The notes under the pieces: generated by a model | The model's database searches: none | Seen by the model: the letters and a program-made list of their open reading frames with translations, nothing else | Told to the model about the DNA's origin: nothing | Origin: a virus | Length of the DNA stretch: 64,000 bases | IMG/VR virus record: IMGVR_UViG_3300027759_000080 | Coordinates: 3,874-67,873 of that record | Reading direction: 5' to 3' (one strand) | In this document: one piece after another, positions 20,169 to 28,890 of the stretch | Numbering within the stretch: the stretch's first letter is position 1 | How the letters are laid out: the number at the start of each line of letters is the position of its first letter | Made by a program: the position numbers and the translations under genes

Positions 20169-20978
20169 CTATAATTTTGGTTCTAAATCTTTGTTTACTT
20201 TACTAAATGGCAGTGCTGATATTAACTCACTGTATCCCACCTCTACTAGCTCCTCAATAAAGTCAGTGCCTAGTAAGATTGACTTTGCCCTAGCCTCATC
20301 AGACAATACCTTTAAGTAGCCATAGTCCAAGTCAATGTCATCGACATTGTCTCTGATTAACTTGATTCTATCATCACTACCTAGCTCCTCGATATCAATG
20401 TAGTTTATGGTAGCAAATTCATCTATACAAACATTGCTAATCACGTCTTCATAAAAATCATGCTCACTTAAATCCTCATTTACTAAGGCAAAGTCTAGTA
20501 TAGTACCTAGTACATGACCATCTTTATCTAGCACACTGAAATTTAAGGTGTTTTCAGCCCATTCTATTGCGTTATTAGGATAGAATGATATAAAGCCATC
20601 CCTAGAGGTGTATCTTTGTTTTAAATAGCTATTAAAAGCATCGTAATTACTATGTATGTACGAGACAATGTTGTCTACTATAGGAATAATCTCGACATCT
20701 ATAGAATCATTCACAAAGTTATAGTAGTTAGGAGATGTAATGTGTTGATATGTTATTGACTCAATTAAGCCTAGCTCAACTAACTTACTCTCTATCTCAG
20801 ATGTTATTGACACTGCTATTTTGTGCCTATAGCCTAGCCAATCTACTTCTACCTCATCTGAGGAAACCTCGTTGTATTCACAAAAACTTTCTAGCTCACT
20901 GTCTCCATCCCATATTGTACAGTAGAACCCCTTGAACAATGGCAACCATGTATAGATTGCTTTAGCTTGACTATCCAT
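20169..20978 (-). CDS. Acidic hypothetical protein
   Basis: 269 aa; 'SPNYYNF..D', 'TSRDGFISFY'. Confidence 0.65.
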   Translation of the reverse strand: MDSQAKAIYTWLPLFKGFYCTIWDGDSELESFCEYNEVSSDEVEVDWLGYRHKIAVSITSEIESKLVELGLIESITYQHITSPNYYNFVNDSIDVEIIPIVDNIVSYIHSNYDAFNSYLKQRYTSRDGFISFYPNNAIEWAENTLNFSVLDKDGHVLGTILDFALVNEDLSEHDFYEDVISNVCIDEFATINYIDIEELGSDDRIKLIRDNVDDIDLDYGYLKVLSDEARAKSILLGTDFIEELVEVGYSELISALPFSKVNKDLEPKL

Positions 20979-21366
20979 ATACCACCTCCCCTAAAACTAT
21001 GTACTGAAAAACAACATCACTACTACTAGCATCTCCATCTTCCTTTAGCTCATTCTCTAGAGCCCAAGCATCAGAACTGTTAGCTAGTAGCTCTAACCTT
21101 TCAATTAACGTATCTCTAGTGATTACTCCTAGCACTTCTTCCTCATCCTCGGCATCGTTTATCTCCACCTCTACTCCATGCTCTAGGACTGCCTCTAAAA
21201 TGGCTGATGCAATGTAAGGATTACTTGACTTGGGCACTGCTTGTCTTACCTTCTGAACTTGCTCATCGGTTATGTAGTACCAATAGTTACTTCCACCTTC
21301 TAAGGCAGTGGTAAAGATGTTATCTAAAACATCCTTGCTGATTTTTCTTTTGATTGTAATTTCCAT
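20971..21366 (-). CDS. Acidic hypothetical protein
   Basis: 'ALEGGSNYW...DA...D...Q...GEVVYG'. Confidence 0.65.
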   Translation of the reverse strand: MEITIKRKISKDVLDNIFTTALEGGSNYWYYITDEQVQKVRQAVPKSSNPYIASAILEAVLEHGVEVEINDAEDEEEVLGVITRDTLIERLELLANSSDAWALENELKEDGDASSSDVVFQYIVLGEVVYG

Positions 21367-21395
21367 GATTATTTATCTCCTATTTTTTATTTAAA

Positions 21396-21983
21396 TTATG
21401 ATTTTAAGTCCCAAGCAAGTGATTCATTACTATTTAAATCACAAGCAATCTCTATGTTGTTTAAGTGTGTTATTGCAGTATCACACTGAATAGTTGGCTT
21501 GTTAAATATGTCGAATGCATTGATATTAATAAAATCTCTTATAAATACTTGGTCTTCTAGGATAAGTCCTAATCTATATTTTAAAGACTCATTCTCTACT
21601 CTTAAAATGTATCCTAACTGCGAAAGCATTTGGTCTTCCATGTTTAGATTCTTAATAATAAACTCCATGGTTTCGCCATCGATGTCTATAGTCTTTAACT
21701 CATCAATTGCATTGTGCACAATATCCCTAACTCGTTTGTCATCCATGATGTATGTGCCACTCTTTAAGAACTTTTGCCTAGCTTGATAGTCTTTATAGAA
21801 TAACTGCATACACTCTAGTTCATGCATTGTATCTACATTAAACTTGCTCTCTAGGAATAGGTTGTAGACTTTAACTGCCTCGTCCCACATGATGTCTAGC
21901 TCTCTATCGTTAATGCCAATGATGTGTGCCATACAAAATACACGATAGTAAAACTCTTGGTTTTTAATTTGATTGTTTGTCAT
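21396..21983 (-). CDS. Hypothetical protein
   Basis: 195 aa with repeated leader. Confidence 0.6.
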   Translation of the reverse strand: MTNNQIKNQEFYYRVFCMAHIIGINDRELDIMWDEAVKVYNLFLESKFNVDTMHELECMQLFYKDYQARQKFLKSGTYIMDDKRVRDIVHNAIDELKTIDIDGETMEFIIKNLNMEDQMLSQLGYILRVENESLKYRLGLILEDQVFIRDFININAFDIFNKPTIQCDTAITHLNNIEIACDLNSNESLAWDLKS

Positions 21984-22019
21984 AATGATTGATTGTTTTT
22001 TTTAAATTGTGATTGATTA
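21981..22019 (-). repeat. ~39-bp repeated translation-initiation leader (copy at 22245-22284)
   Basis: TAATCAATCACAATTT-A8/9-CAATCAATCATTATG in both. Confidence 0.85.
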
Positions 22020-22247
22020 ATTAATTTCTTCCTCAACTATGATATCATCAACGTAACAATTTACATTGTATTTGCCAATGTTTAAATGGTCAATGATAGC
22101 TTGAATTTGGGAGCAGTCGTCTTCTGCGCTCCATCCCTTGCCTAGAACAATTTCTGCTACATCCTCTAGATTGTTGCCATTCACGAATGCGTAAGTTGAA
22201 AAGTAATTACCTTCGATTGATTTTTTAATTTGATTTTTTGATTTCAT
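22017..22247 (-). CDS. Hypothetical protein
   Basis: Start moved to MKSKNQIK after the repeated leader. Confidence 0.6.
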   Translation of the reverse strand: MKSKNQIKKSIEGNYFSTYAFVNGNNLEDVAEIVLGKGWSAEDDCSQIQAIIDHLNIGKYNVNCYVDDIIVEEEIN

Positions 22248-22302
22248 AATGATTGATTGTTTTTTTTTAAATTGTGATTGATTAGTTATTATTAATTGTT
22301 TG

Positions 22303-22348
22303 AACATATGAGGGGAATCGAACCCCTCACTAGAACCATTTTTATGCT
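22303..22348 (-). ncRNA. tRNA-half-like T-loop element, copy 1
   Basis: AGCATA-AAAATGGTTCTAG-TGAGGGG TTCGATT CCCCTCA-TATGTT. Confidence 0.7.
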
Positions 22349-23249
22349 ATGCAAATGTGAATATTTTATTATCCACAGTATTCTCGGTAACAAACTTCAT
22401 TACCTCATCGAATGCTATGTTATTCATGCGATAACCACCACCACTAACTAGGTAATGTAACTTATCATTCTCATCCTTTGGCGCACTAACGTGGTTTGTG
22501 TAACGTGTAACGGCATTAAATAATCCCCATATAGTCTTACCTTCCAAATTAATTTCAGTTTGTAAGGAATCAGCAAAAGCGGTCACTTGATTTAGCTTTC
22601 TACTGCTTACATCTTTCTTATTAGTGTTAACATCAATAGTGAATAGTTTTCTTATCACACGTTCCACCATCTCATCCTTTAGCTCGATGTCAGCCATCTT
22701 CTTGAAGTTACCCATCAATACTTCATCTAGATGCAAAGCCTTTCTTAAATCAGCCATGGCAGTCTCAATTCTACTCTTTGCTGATTCAGTGTGACGGAAC
22801 TTATCTAAATCTTTGTATGCACGATGGAAAGTATTTTTGCATACTACTACTTGACTAGTTGACCCGAATCCGATTGATGCACTGCCATCATTAGAATTCA
22901 AGGCAGTAATCCATCTCATGATAGATGACTTCCCGATGTACATACTAGGTAAAGCGGCTTGTAAGTATACCTTCTTACCTCCATCTAGTTCACCTCCTCT
23001 AGTAGTCTCTAAACCGATGCCCTCGGTAGCTCCTACGATGGTTTCTGCTAACTCCCAATTCTGCATTGGCACATAACGATTACCTACACTTCCTAACCAT
23101 GCATCAGTATCGTTTCTGAAGATACCAAATGTCTCGGTGTTTTTACCATCTTTAGCAAATAACTCTTCTTTGCTTACTGACCAATTTAAATTAGTGCTTT
23201 CTAATAAATTAAAAGTCTTTTCTTGGATTGATTGATTGTTGTTTTTCAT
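22347..23249 (-). CDS. DUF932-like phage/plasmid protein
   Basis: 'LNWSV', 'LGSVGNRYVPMQN', 'NSNDGS', 'VVCKNT', 'WGLFNAVT.Y..H'. Confidence 0.8.
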   Translation of the reverse strand: MKNNNQSIQEKTFNLLESTNLNWSVSKEELFAKDGKNTETFGIFRNDTDAWLGSVGNRYVPMQNWELAETIVGATEGIGLETTRGGELDGGKKVYLQAALPSMYIGKSSIMRWITALNSNDGSASIGFGSTSQVVVCKNTFHRAYKDLDKFRHTESAKSRIETAMADLRKALHLDEVLMGNFKKMADIELKDEMVERVIRKLFTIDVNTNKKDVSSRKLNQVTAFADSLQTEINLEGKTIWGLFNAVTRYTNHVSAPKDENDKLHYLVSGGGYRMNNIAFDEVMKFVTENTVDNKIFTFA

Positions 23250-23267
23250 GATTTTTGTTATTTAATT

Positions 23268-23324
23268 GTTTAAGACAAGGCTTTTTAAACCTTGTTTCGA
23301 TTATTTAAATCTCGTCAGTTAAAC
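23268..23324 (-). ncRNA. Type I hammerhead ribozyme
   Basis: GTTTAA CTGACGA GATT-TAAAT-AATC GAAA CAAGG-loop-CCTTG TC TTAAAC; all core nucleotides and three stems. Confidence 0.9.
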
Positions 23325-23485
23325 TATTGTACATTGTCTCGATAATAGTTAGCTATGCTTATTACTTCCAATGCTAACTGCTCGTTAGACATCTTTGCCA
23401 AGCTAACTACATCTTGTACTGTTTCGAATTCGTCAGATGCCAAATCCATGATGGCATCAATTAATTTTTCTCTGATTGTTTCCAT
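23324..23485 (-). CDS. Small hypothetical protein (53 aa), not in ORF track
   Basis: METIREKLIDAIMDLASDEF...; stop abuts hammerhead. Confidence 0.6.
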   Translation of the reverse strand: METIREKLIDAIMDLASDEFETVQDVVSLAKMSNEQLALEVISIANYYRDNVQ

Positions 23486-23490
23486 GGTGT

Positions 23491-23778
23491 TTATATGCTT
23501 TTTAAATCTTTGTGATACTTATATAAAATTGCTTCGCTTGAATCGTAGCTAAGATGTGTGGCATCCTTATTTATCCTATCTCTTGATGATGGATAGTCAT
23601 CTTCTCTTTTAATGCTTCTAATAGCATTACGCATATCCTTTTTTGCATCTGCTACACTGCTATAATTTAGCCAAATGCAATTGAACATCCCATCCTTTTT
23701 ACTTTCGTAATTTGACATCTTTGATAGTATCTTGAAGTTACCACCGATTTGACCCGTAATTAAAATTTGTGCTCTCAT
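23491..23778 (-). CDS. Hypothetical protein
   Basis: 95 aa ORF. Confidence 0.6.
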   Translation of the reverse strand: MRAQILITGQIGGNFKILSKMSNYESKKDGMFNCIWLNYSSVADAKKDMRNAIRSIKREDDYPSSRDRINKDATHLSYDSSEAILYKYHKDLKSI

Positions 23779-23947
23779 GATTTAATTGTCTCCTATTTTA
23801 ATAATTGAATAATAACCATCAATGAATTCATTGTTACATGAATCGAATTGATAGTACTCTTGTACTCTTGCTTGTGCCAATTCCAATGTAGGAAATGCGC
23901 TGATAATACTGCCATTTGCAGTGTTTTGAATGATGTAATTTGTCATG

Positions 23948-24277
23948 CTATTTAATTGATTTTTTAGGTTTGATAAAATATGCTCCGTTTGGACTGTAGA
24001 CTTCGTAATTCATAGCATCTGCTATTCTAGTTAAATCTAGCAGTCTCTGAGCAATCTGCTGAGGAAGAAATGAGTACTTCGTACCTACATTCCACTGCTC
24101 TTTTTTACTGCTCTGCTCCTCTAGGCATTTGTACTTATTGAATTGCCATTCCAATTCACATTTTAATTCTCTAGCATTCTCGCAGTCATTTATTATACGT
24201 TCTGCAAACTTTGTTGATGCCAATGATGGACTGTTTTTTAATCTTAAGAAAGATTCCTTTTGAGTGATTGTTTTCAT
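23948..24277 (-). CDS. Hypothetical protein
   Basis: 109 aa with CAATCAATCA leader. Confidence 0.6.
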   Translation of the reverse strand: MKTITQKESFLRLKNSPSLASTKFAERIINDCENARELKCELEWQFNKYKCLEEQSSKKEQWNVGTKYSFLPQQIAQRLLDLTRIADAMNYEVYSPNGAYFIKPKKSIK

Positions 24278-24315
24278 GTTGATTGATTGTTTTTTTTAGT
24301 GATTAATTAATTGAT

Positions 24316-24603
24316 TTATTGTGAGCACAAGTCCCATGACTCTAGCTCGTTTACTCTTTTAACATTTAAGCCTAATTCCTTATAAATAAAATTAGCTAAT
24401 TTAGTATTACCTACAGTGCCTTCAGCTATCTGATTTGTGCCTATAGATGCTACAACGTCTGAAGTGCTCATGCCTAATATTCTACTGCAAAATTTAACAT
24501 CTTGCCCTAAGAAGAATTGTTTGACATATTTTTTGTTTCTGACTACTAATGACCAATTATGACAAAAGCCATATTCCGTTGTGATTAAGATTGTTTTCTT
24601 CAT
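24316..24603 (-). CDS. Hypothetical protein
   Basis: 'FFLGQDVKFCSRILG'. Confidence 0.6.
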   Translation of the reverse strand: MKKTILITTEYGFCHNWSLVVRNKKYVKQFFLGQDVKFCSRILGMSTSDVVASIGTNQIAEGTVGNTKLANFIYKELGLNVKRVNELESWDLCSQ

Positions 24604-24627
24604 GATATTTATTTATTTAATTGTTTG

Positions 24628-24671
24628 AGCATAGCATGGGAATCGAACCCATGCCTTGAACCATTTATGCT
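24628..24671 (-). ncRNA. tRNA-half-like T-loop element, copy 2
   Basis: AGCATA-AATGGTTCAAG-GCATGGG TTCGATT CCCATGC-TATGCT. Confidence 0.7.
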
Positions 24672-25081
24672 AGTGTTTGCTTATTCTTTACTTCTATTAT
24701 AAACTGCGAATTAACATAAGAGACGTGCTCTTTTATGATTTTAGGAAGATGTTTGATATCGAATTCTTGATAGTTGTGAAAATTACCTTCGTAATTGCCA
24801 TCACAAGCAGTAATTACACCATAATTATTTAGCACTCTAAACGATTTTATATGTCTATAGCTTTGATAATTGCCATAGTCACTAGTATTAACGCATATGG
24901 TAATATCCTTGAATTTCTTTTTAGATACTTTCACTGCATTCTTAAACGATTCTAGTATGTCATCTGCATCTATCAGATAACTGCTAGTTGTGAATAGCAT
25001 ATCAACTATTCTGACTACTGAAGTAGTGTTTCTATCAATCTCAGATTCGATTTCGATAGTAATTTTGATTGTTTTTTCCAT
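24665..25081 (-). CDS. Hypothetical protein
   Basis: 138 aa ORF. Confidence 0.6.
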   Translation of the reverse strand: MEKTIKITIEIESEIDRNTTSVVRIVDMLFTTSSYLIDADDILESFKNAVKVSKKKFKDITICVNTSDYGNYQSYRHIKSFRVLNNYGVITACDGNYEGNFHNYQEFDIKHLPKIIKEHVSYVNSQFIIEVKNKQTLA

Positions 25082-25085
25082 GTGA

Positions 25086-25211
25086 TTAGTGATTAATTAA
25101 GATTGTTGATAAAATAACGATTGTAAAGAAAGCAGTCATACCAATTAACTGCAAACTAGCTTGTTTTCTCATTTTTGATGCCCATGGGCAATTCTTTGAT
25201 TGTTTTTTCAT
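25086..25211 (-). CDS. 41-aa membrane peptide, not in ORF track
   Basis: MKKQSKNCPW...GMTAFFTIVILSTILINH; typical leader. Confidence 0.55.
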   Translation of the reverse strand: MKKQSKNCPWASKMRKQASLQLIGMTAFFTIVILSTILINH

Positions 25212-25244
25212 GTGATTGATTGGTTTTTTAAATGTGATAATTGA

Positions 25245-25568
25245 TTAATATCTGCCTATGTTACCGATGTAATGGAAATGACTAGAAGTAGTAACTTTAT
25301 AACCTAATTTATTAGCTACATAGTAACAAGCATCTCTTAAGCGCTTGATATCATTGGTATCTTTGCTATATAATTCACCTAAATACCATTGTTGGTATAA
25401 ATCACCTCGGTTAATCTGCTTTTCTATGGTTTGAGCGAAGTTTAACTCCCAACATATAGTTTGCTTGATGTCTCGTAGTGTTTCGCAGTCCTTAAATACC
25501 ATTCTAACTCTTGGATTCATTGGGAATTCTGCTTGTAATTCTGCTAATAATTGATTTTTAGTTTTCAT
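25245..25568 (-). CDS. First gene of early operon, hypothetical
   Basis: Start moved to MKTKNQLL after repeated leader. Confidence 0.6.
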   Translation of the reverse strand: MKTKNQLLAELQAEFPMNPRVRMVFKDCETLRDIKQTICWELNFAQTIEKQINRGDLYQQWYLGELYSKDTNDIKRLRDACYYVANKLGYKVTTSSHFHYIGNIGRY

Positions 25569-25597
25569 AATGATTGATTGGTTTTTTATGTGATTGG

Positions 25598-25647
25598 TTA
25601 GCCAATAGATGAATCGACATCTGATGAATTCCAAATTAATTGGCTAA
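25598..25647 (-). ncRNA. tRNA-half-like element, divergent copy 3
   Basis: TTAGCCAAT-linker-AGATG TCGATT CATCT-ATTGGCTAA then CCA. Confidence 0.5.
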
Positions 25648-25954
25648 TATATTTTATTAATGGTCAAAATAAGTTTATTGTTAGTAAACTTATAAAAACA
25701 TCATGGTATATCCCCTCCATGATAGGTTTATTCGATTGATTCGTAGTCTATTATACGATATCAGTATCTGTTTTCAACTGTATTTCAGTGTTTATTGGTT
25801 TAGAGTCGTAAATGATTCACATTATATAGATTCGGCAATGTTTCACAACAAACTAACTATATAAAACTACTCAATGATTAGTATCTTTATACATATACAT
25901 ACTAATTGACTAAAAGAACGATATTTTCGAGAATTTTTCGGCTTGAAAACATTG

Positions 25955-25984
25955 GCAATATACGAGCACATTTTATAAATGCAA
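25955..25984 (-). promoter_or_regulatory. Candidate early promoter TTG-N19-TATATTGC
   Basis: Near-consensus -7 box with correct spacing. Confidence 0.5.
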
Positions 25985-26023
25985 GCACTAATCAAGATGA
26001 AATTATAATTATTTTTCAAGTGA

Positions 26024-26653
26024 TTGATTATCAAGATGATTATTTTTAGTATAATTCAAGATAATAATGCAAGTGAATGATAATGAGGGGAATAAAATAT
26101 ACTGCTGATAATCAATGATATAGCAAGTAGTATTCAAGAATGAAAACTAAATAGCTGAAAATGAGCACTATAAGTTAATAAACTGAATGTGAGATGTTTA
26201 CATTACTGAAAATGAGCACAAAATATAAAGATATTAGGCTAAAAAATCACTAAGGATAAAAGGATAATTATAATGCTTACTGATAAGAATAATAACATCT
26301 ATAGTAACGGAATATTTATGATGACCATGTTTAACATTAGATAGGAATGCATAAGGCAATTCACAGTCTTTAGCTATTCGATAGTATGTAATGCCTTTAC
26401 TAACACATAGTGAGTCTATCCATCGAATGAATAGCAAATGTGCCTTTAAACGATTGGCATTCCGTATTTCATATGTAGTATTATCGTTTTTGATGTGCAA
26501 TGATAAGGATATTTTGACGTTATTAGTCATTTAAAGGGCTAAAAAAACTATGCTCTCAAAAACTTGTCTCCATCCCATGAGCAATTGGCATTTTGCATCT
26601 TATAATCAGCAAGTTATATTTTGAAGATGATTTTGTAAATAGCTGATTATCAT
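26024..26653. repeat. Cluster of degenerate palindromes (C/T)TGA-N3-T(C/G)A(A/G)
   Basis: Copies at 26024, 26077, 26105, 26155, 26183, 26206, 26599, 26643. Confidence 0.65.
26234..26530 (-). CDS. XRE/Cro-like HTH regulator
   Basis: 'GITYYRIAKDCELPYAFLSNVKHG...TIDVIILIS'. Confidence 0.65.
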   Translation of the reverse strand: MTNNVKISLSLHIKNDNTTYEIRNANRLKAHLLFIRWIDSLCVSKGITYYRIAKDCELPYAFLSNVKHGHHKYSVTIDVIILISKHYNYPFILSDFLA

Positions 26654-26984
26654 TCAACCATTTCATTGAGTCTTCGAGGATTGTATGCTAGTATTATTTA
26701 CCCATGTGAAACGTTCGTTTCTGATAGTACAAAGCAAGGCAGTAAGCAATATGTTTATGCCTATTGCCTATTGGCTTTGCTCAGTTTCTTTGGTTTCTAT
26801 TTACCAAATATTTATAAATTATATGTTGGATGTCATCGTAATACCTTTTAAATCAATGTGGTGGCAATGGTTCTCATGGGGTGGCGGATGTTTTTTTGAG
26901 CGACTCGGTGATGGCTTTTATTATGGTTACCGCACATTTTCACCGCCATACCTTCTTTGCACGACCTCCTTGCCGACCACCAAT

Positions 26985-27031
26985 AAAAAAAACCCCACCG
27001 CCCTAGTTATCAGGGGGTGGGGCTATTTTTT
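26985..27031 (-). terminator. GC-rich, probably bidirectional terminator
   Basis: A8-CCCCACC.CCCT-loop-AGGGGGTGGGG-T run after resolvase stop. Confidence 0.65.
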
Positions 27032-27055
27032 AAAAAATGGGGTGGTATGCGAACG

Positions 27056-27751
27056 CTAGTGAGCGTACTTGTATATAGACTTCAACGATAGCGATATGCC
27101 GTTCTCTAGCAGCCTCCTTTGTATCTCTGCCTTTGGAACATTATTCTGGCTGTACGCTTTGATTAGTTCTATACCTACGTTTGACTTCTTGACGTACACT
27201 CTTTTCTTGGCTATCTCTGCCATTAGTATTTTAGCTTTATTTGGGTCTTGCATTTCAGGATTGCCTAGCGAGCTGATTATGCGTCCGTTCTTTGTTACAT
27301 GGAATCCGTTCTTCTGTATACGAACCTTGATTGAGTTTAGTCCTGCTGCTGTTCTCTCTGATATCATTACTCTCTCTCTTTCTGCCATAGAGCCGAACAG
27401 GTGGATTGAGAAGTTGTCCATCTCTGGTGCATCAGCACACTTGAATTGTACCTTACTATCCATTAGGTTTGCTATGAAACTAATGCTACGAGACAGTCTA
27501 TCTAACTTTGCCACGAGTAGTATTGCCTTCTTCTCCTTGCACAAATTTATTGCCTCTCTTAATTTAGGTCTATCGCTCTTCTTTCCTGACTCAATTTCAG
27601 TAAATGTTGCTACTACTATCCCCTTGTTTGTGATTGGTAATACCATTTGTTCTTGTGCCTCTAGTCCTAGTCCGCTATTGGCTTGCTTGTCTGTTGATAC
27701 CCTGAAGTATGTGACGTAATTGTTGGTAGTTGTACTCATTTTCAGTTCCAT
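27056..27751 (-). CDS. Small serine recombinase (resolvase/invertase)
   Basis: 'YFRVST..Q', 'ESGK', 'VAKLDRLSR', 'ERERVMISERT', C-terminal HTH. Confidence 0.92.
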   Translation of the reverse strand: MELKMSTTTNNYVTYFRVSTDKQANSGLGLEAQEQMVLPITNKGIVVATFTEIESGKKSDRPKLREAINLCKEKKAILLVAKLDRLSRSISFIANLMDSKVQFKCADAPEMDNFSIHLFGSMAERERVMISERTAAGLNSIKVRIQKNGFHVTKNGRIISSLGNPEMQDPNKAKILMAEIAKKRVYVKKSNVGIELIKAYSQNNVPKAEIQRRLLENGISLSLKSIYKYAH

Positions 27752-28437
27752 TTTTGATTATACATTTTTCTCATATTCTCAAGCAGTTGCTCTTGGGTTT
27801 TTATGTACCCCATATCTATAGCGAATGCAAGCTTACCTTCTATTGTCTTCAACTCTTCCAATTGTTTAGCAGTAGCTAAGTTTCTTAAACCTGTTTCGTG
27901 TTTGTTAAATACTATCCAATTAAGTCCTTTTGCTATTGATATATAATCAGGATTGTTAAATCTAGTTATCGCCTTTGACAGGTCTCTGTAAAAATTACCT
28001 GCCTCAATCCTGTTTATAATTAGCGAGTCTGTCAACCATCCTATAACCTCTGCCTTAAATATAGGATTTAAGTCCATGGCTACCATAACAAAGATGTACG
28101 GATTTACCCATACTGCTCTTGTATCTCTAGCTCCAGTTGTCTTATAAACTCCTAGTGTCTTCATGTACTTTGCAAAGCCCTGTTTTTCAATGTTCTCTAT
28201 AAAACTACACATAGGTATTTTTATAACGCCTTGCTTCTCAAGTAAGTAATAAAGAACTTCTATATTGTCTGTCATTATCCTTGCTACATTCTTTTCTACC
28301 CAGCCGTTTTTTACCCTAGATACTGTGTAGGCTTCTTGAAGGTCTGACAAACTAAGAAAACCTTTTTGAGTTTGCTGCCTGATTTTAGTTCCGAATAGAT
28401 TTCTATCTTCCGAAATGATTATTATGTTTGACTTCAT
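27742..28437 (-). CDS. KilA-N domain protein
   Basis: 'IRQQTQKGFLSLSDL', 'WVNPYIFV..A..LNP.FK'; start ATG 28437 after TACATTTG (28443-28450). Confidence 0.7.
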   Translation of the reverse strand: MKSNIIIISEDRNLFGTKIRQQTQKGFLSLSDLQEAYTVSRVKNGWVEKNVARIMTDNIEVLYYLLEKQGVIKIPMCSFIENIEKQGFAKYMKTLGVYKTTGARDTRAVWVNPYIFVMVAMDLNPIFKAEVIGWLTDSLIINRIEAGNFYRDLSKAITRFNNPDYISIAKGLNWIVFNKHETGLRNLATAKQLEELKTIEGKLAFAIDMGYIKTQEQLLENMRKMYNQKWN

Positions 28438-28530
28438 AAGTGCAAATGTATATAAATATTTATAACAAACAAGTTTTATCGTAAAATAAAAAAACCCTAG
28501 CAAATTAATAATAGGGCTACTTGTACTTTT

Positions 28531-28890
28531 TTACAATAACTTTACCATCGGGACTAACACTCCTTTGCTTGTGTTGTTATCTCCTCCTAATGTATATTTT
28601 TGATTGTTTTTCAGAAAGCACTCTCTGACTACCTCCTTTATAATCTTTGTTGGGACTATAATAGCAGTGCCATGCGCCTCTATTCTGTATATCCAAATGT
28701 CTGCGGTGGTAACAGATATTCCACTTGGCTTGCCTCTTGAAAATACTTCTATAAATAGGTTACCAGTCTTATGAGCCATTCTATCGCTCTTAACCTCTAC
28801 CTTAAATGCTCCAGTAAATATTCCCTTTACCCAGTCTTCTGCCTCTTCGCCAAAAGCTAAGTCGTATGTAAATGAGTTTGAGTGCTTCAT
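28531..28890 (-). CDS. PD-(D/E)XK-like phage protein
   Basis: 'VEVKSD...TGNLFIE...PSGI..T.AD'. Confidence 0.6.
   Translation of the reverse strand: MKHSNSFTYDLAFGEEAEDWVKGIFTGAFKVEVKSDRMAHKTGNLFIEVFSRGKPSGISVTTADIWIYRIEAHGTAIIVPTKIIKEVVRECFLKNNQKYTLGGDNNTSKGVLVPMVKLL

Noticed and set aside
23421-23436. Second hammerhead-like core CTGACGA-ATTC-GAAAC (minus)
   Set aside because: No stem II or stem III; lies inside a coding ORF
22303-24671. T-loop elements as true tRNA genes
   Set aside because: Only ~45 nt, no D stem or anticodon arm
25621-25627. CTGATGA on + strand
   Set aside because: No stem II and GAAA follow; better explained by the minus-strand T-loop element
21981-26653. CRISPR array or DGR
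   Set aside because: Repeats irregularly spaced and separated by genes; no cas or reverse transcriptase gene; no TR/VR pair noticed
26666-27059. + strand ORFs in the control region
   Set aside because: Atypical composition, weak starts, run through a terminator hairpin
27069-27719. 216-aa + strand ORF
   Set aside because: Antisense shadow of the resolvase
27056-27751. Integrase or IS607 transposase
   Set aside because: Too short for a large serine integrase; catalytic domain is N-terminal; no tnpB or att repeats seen
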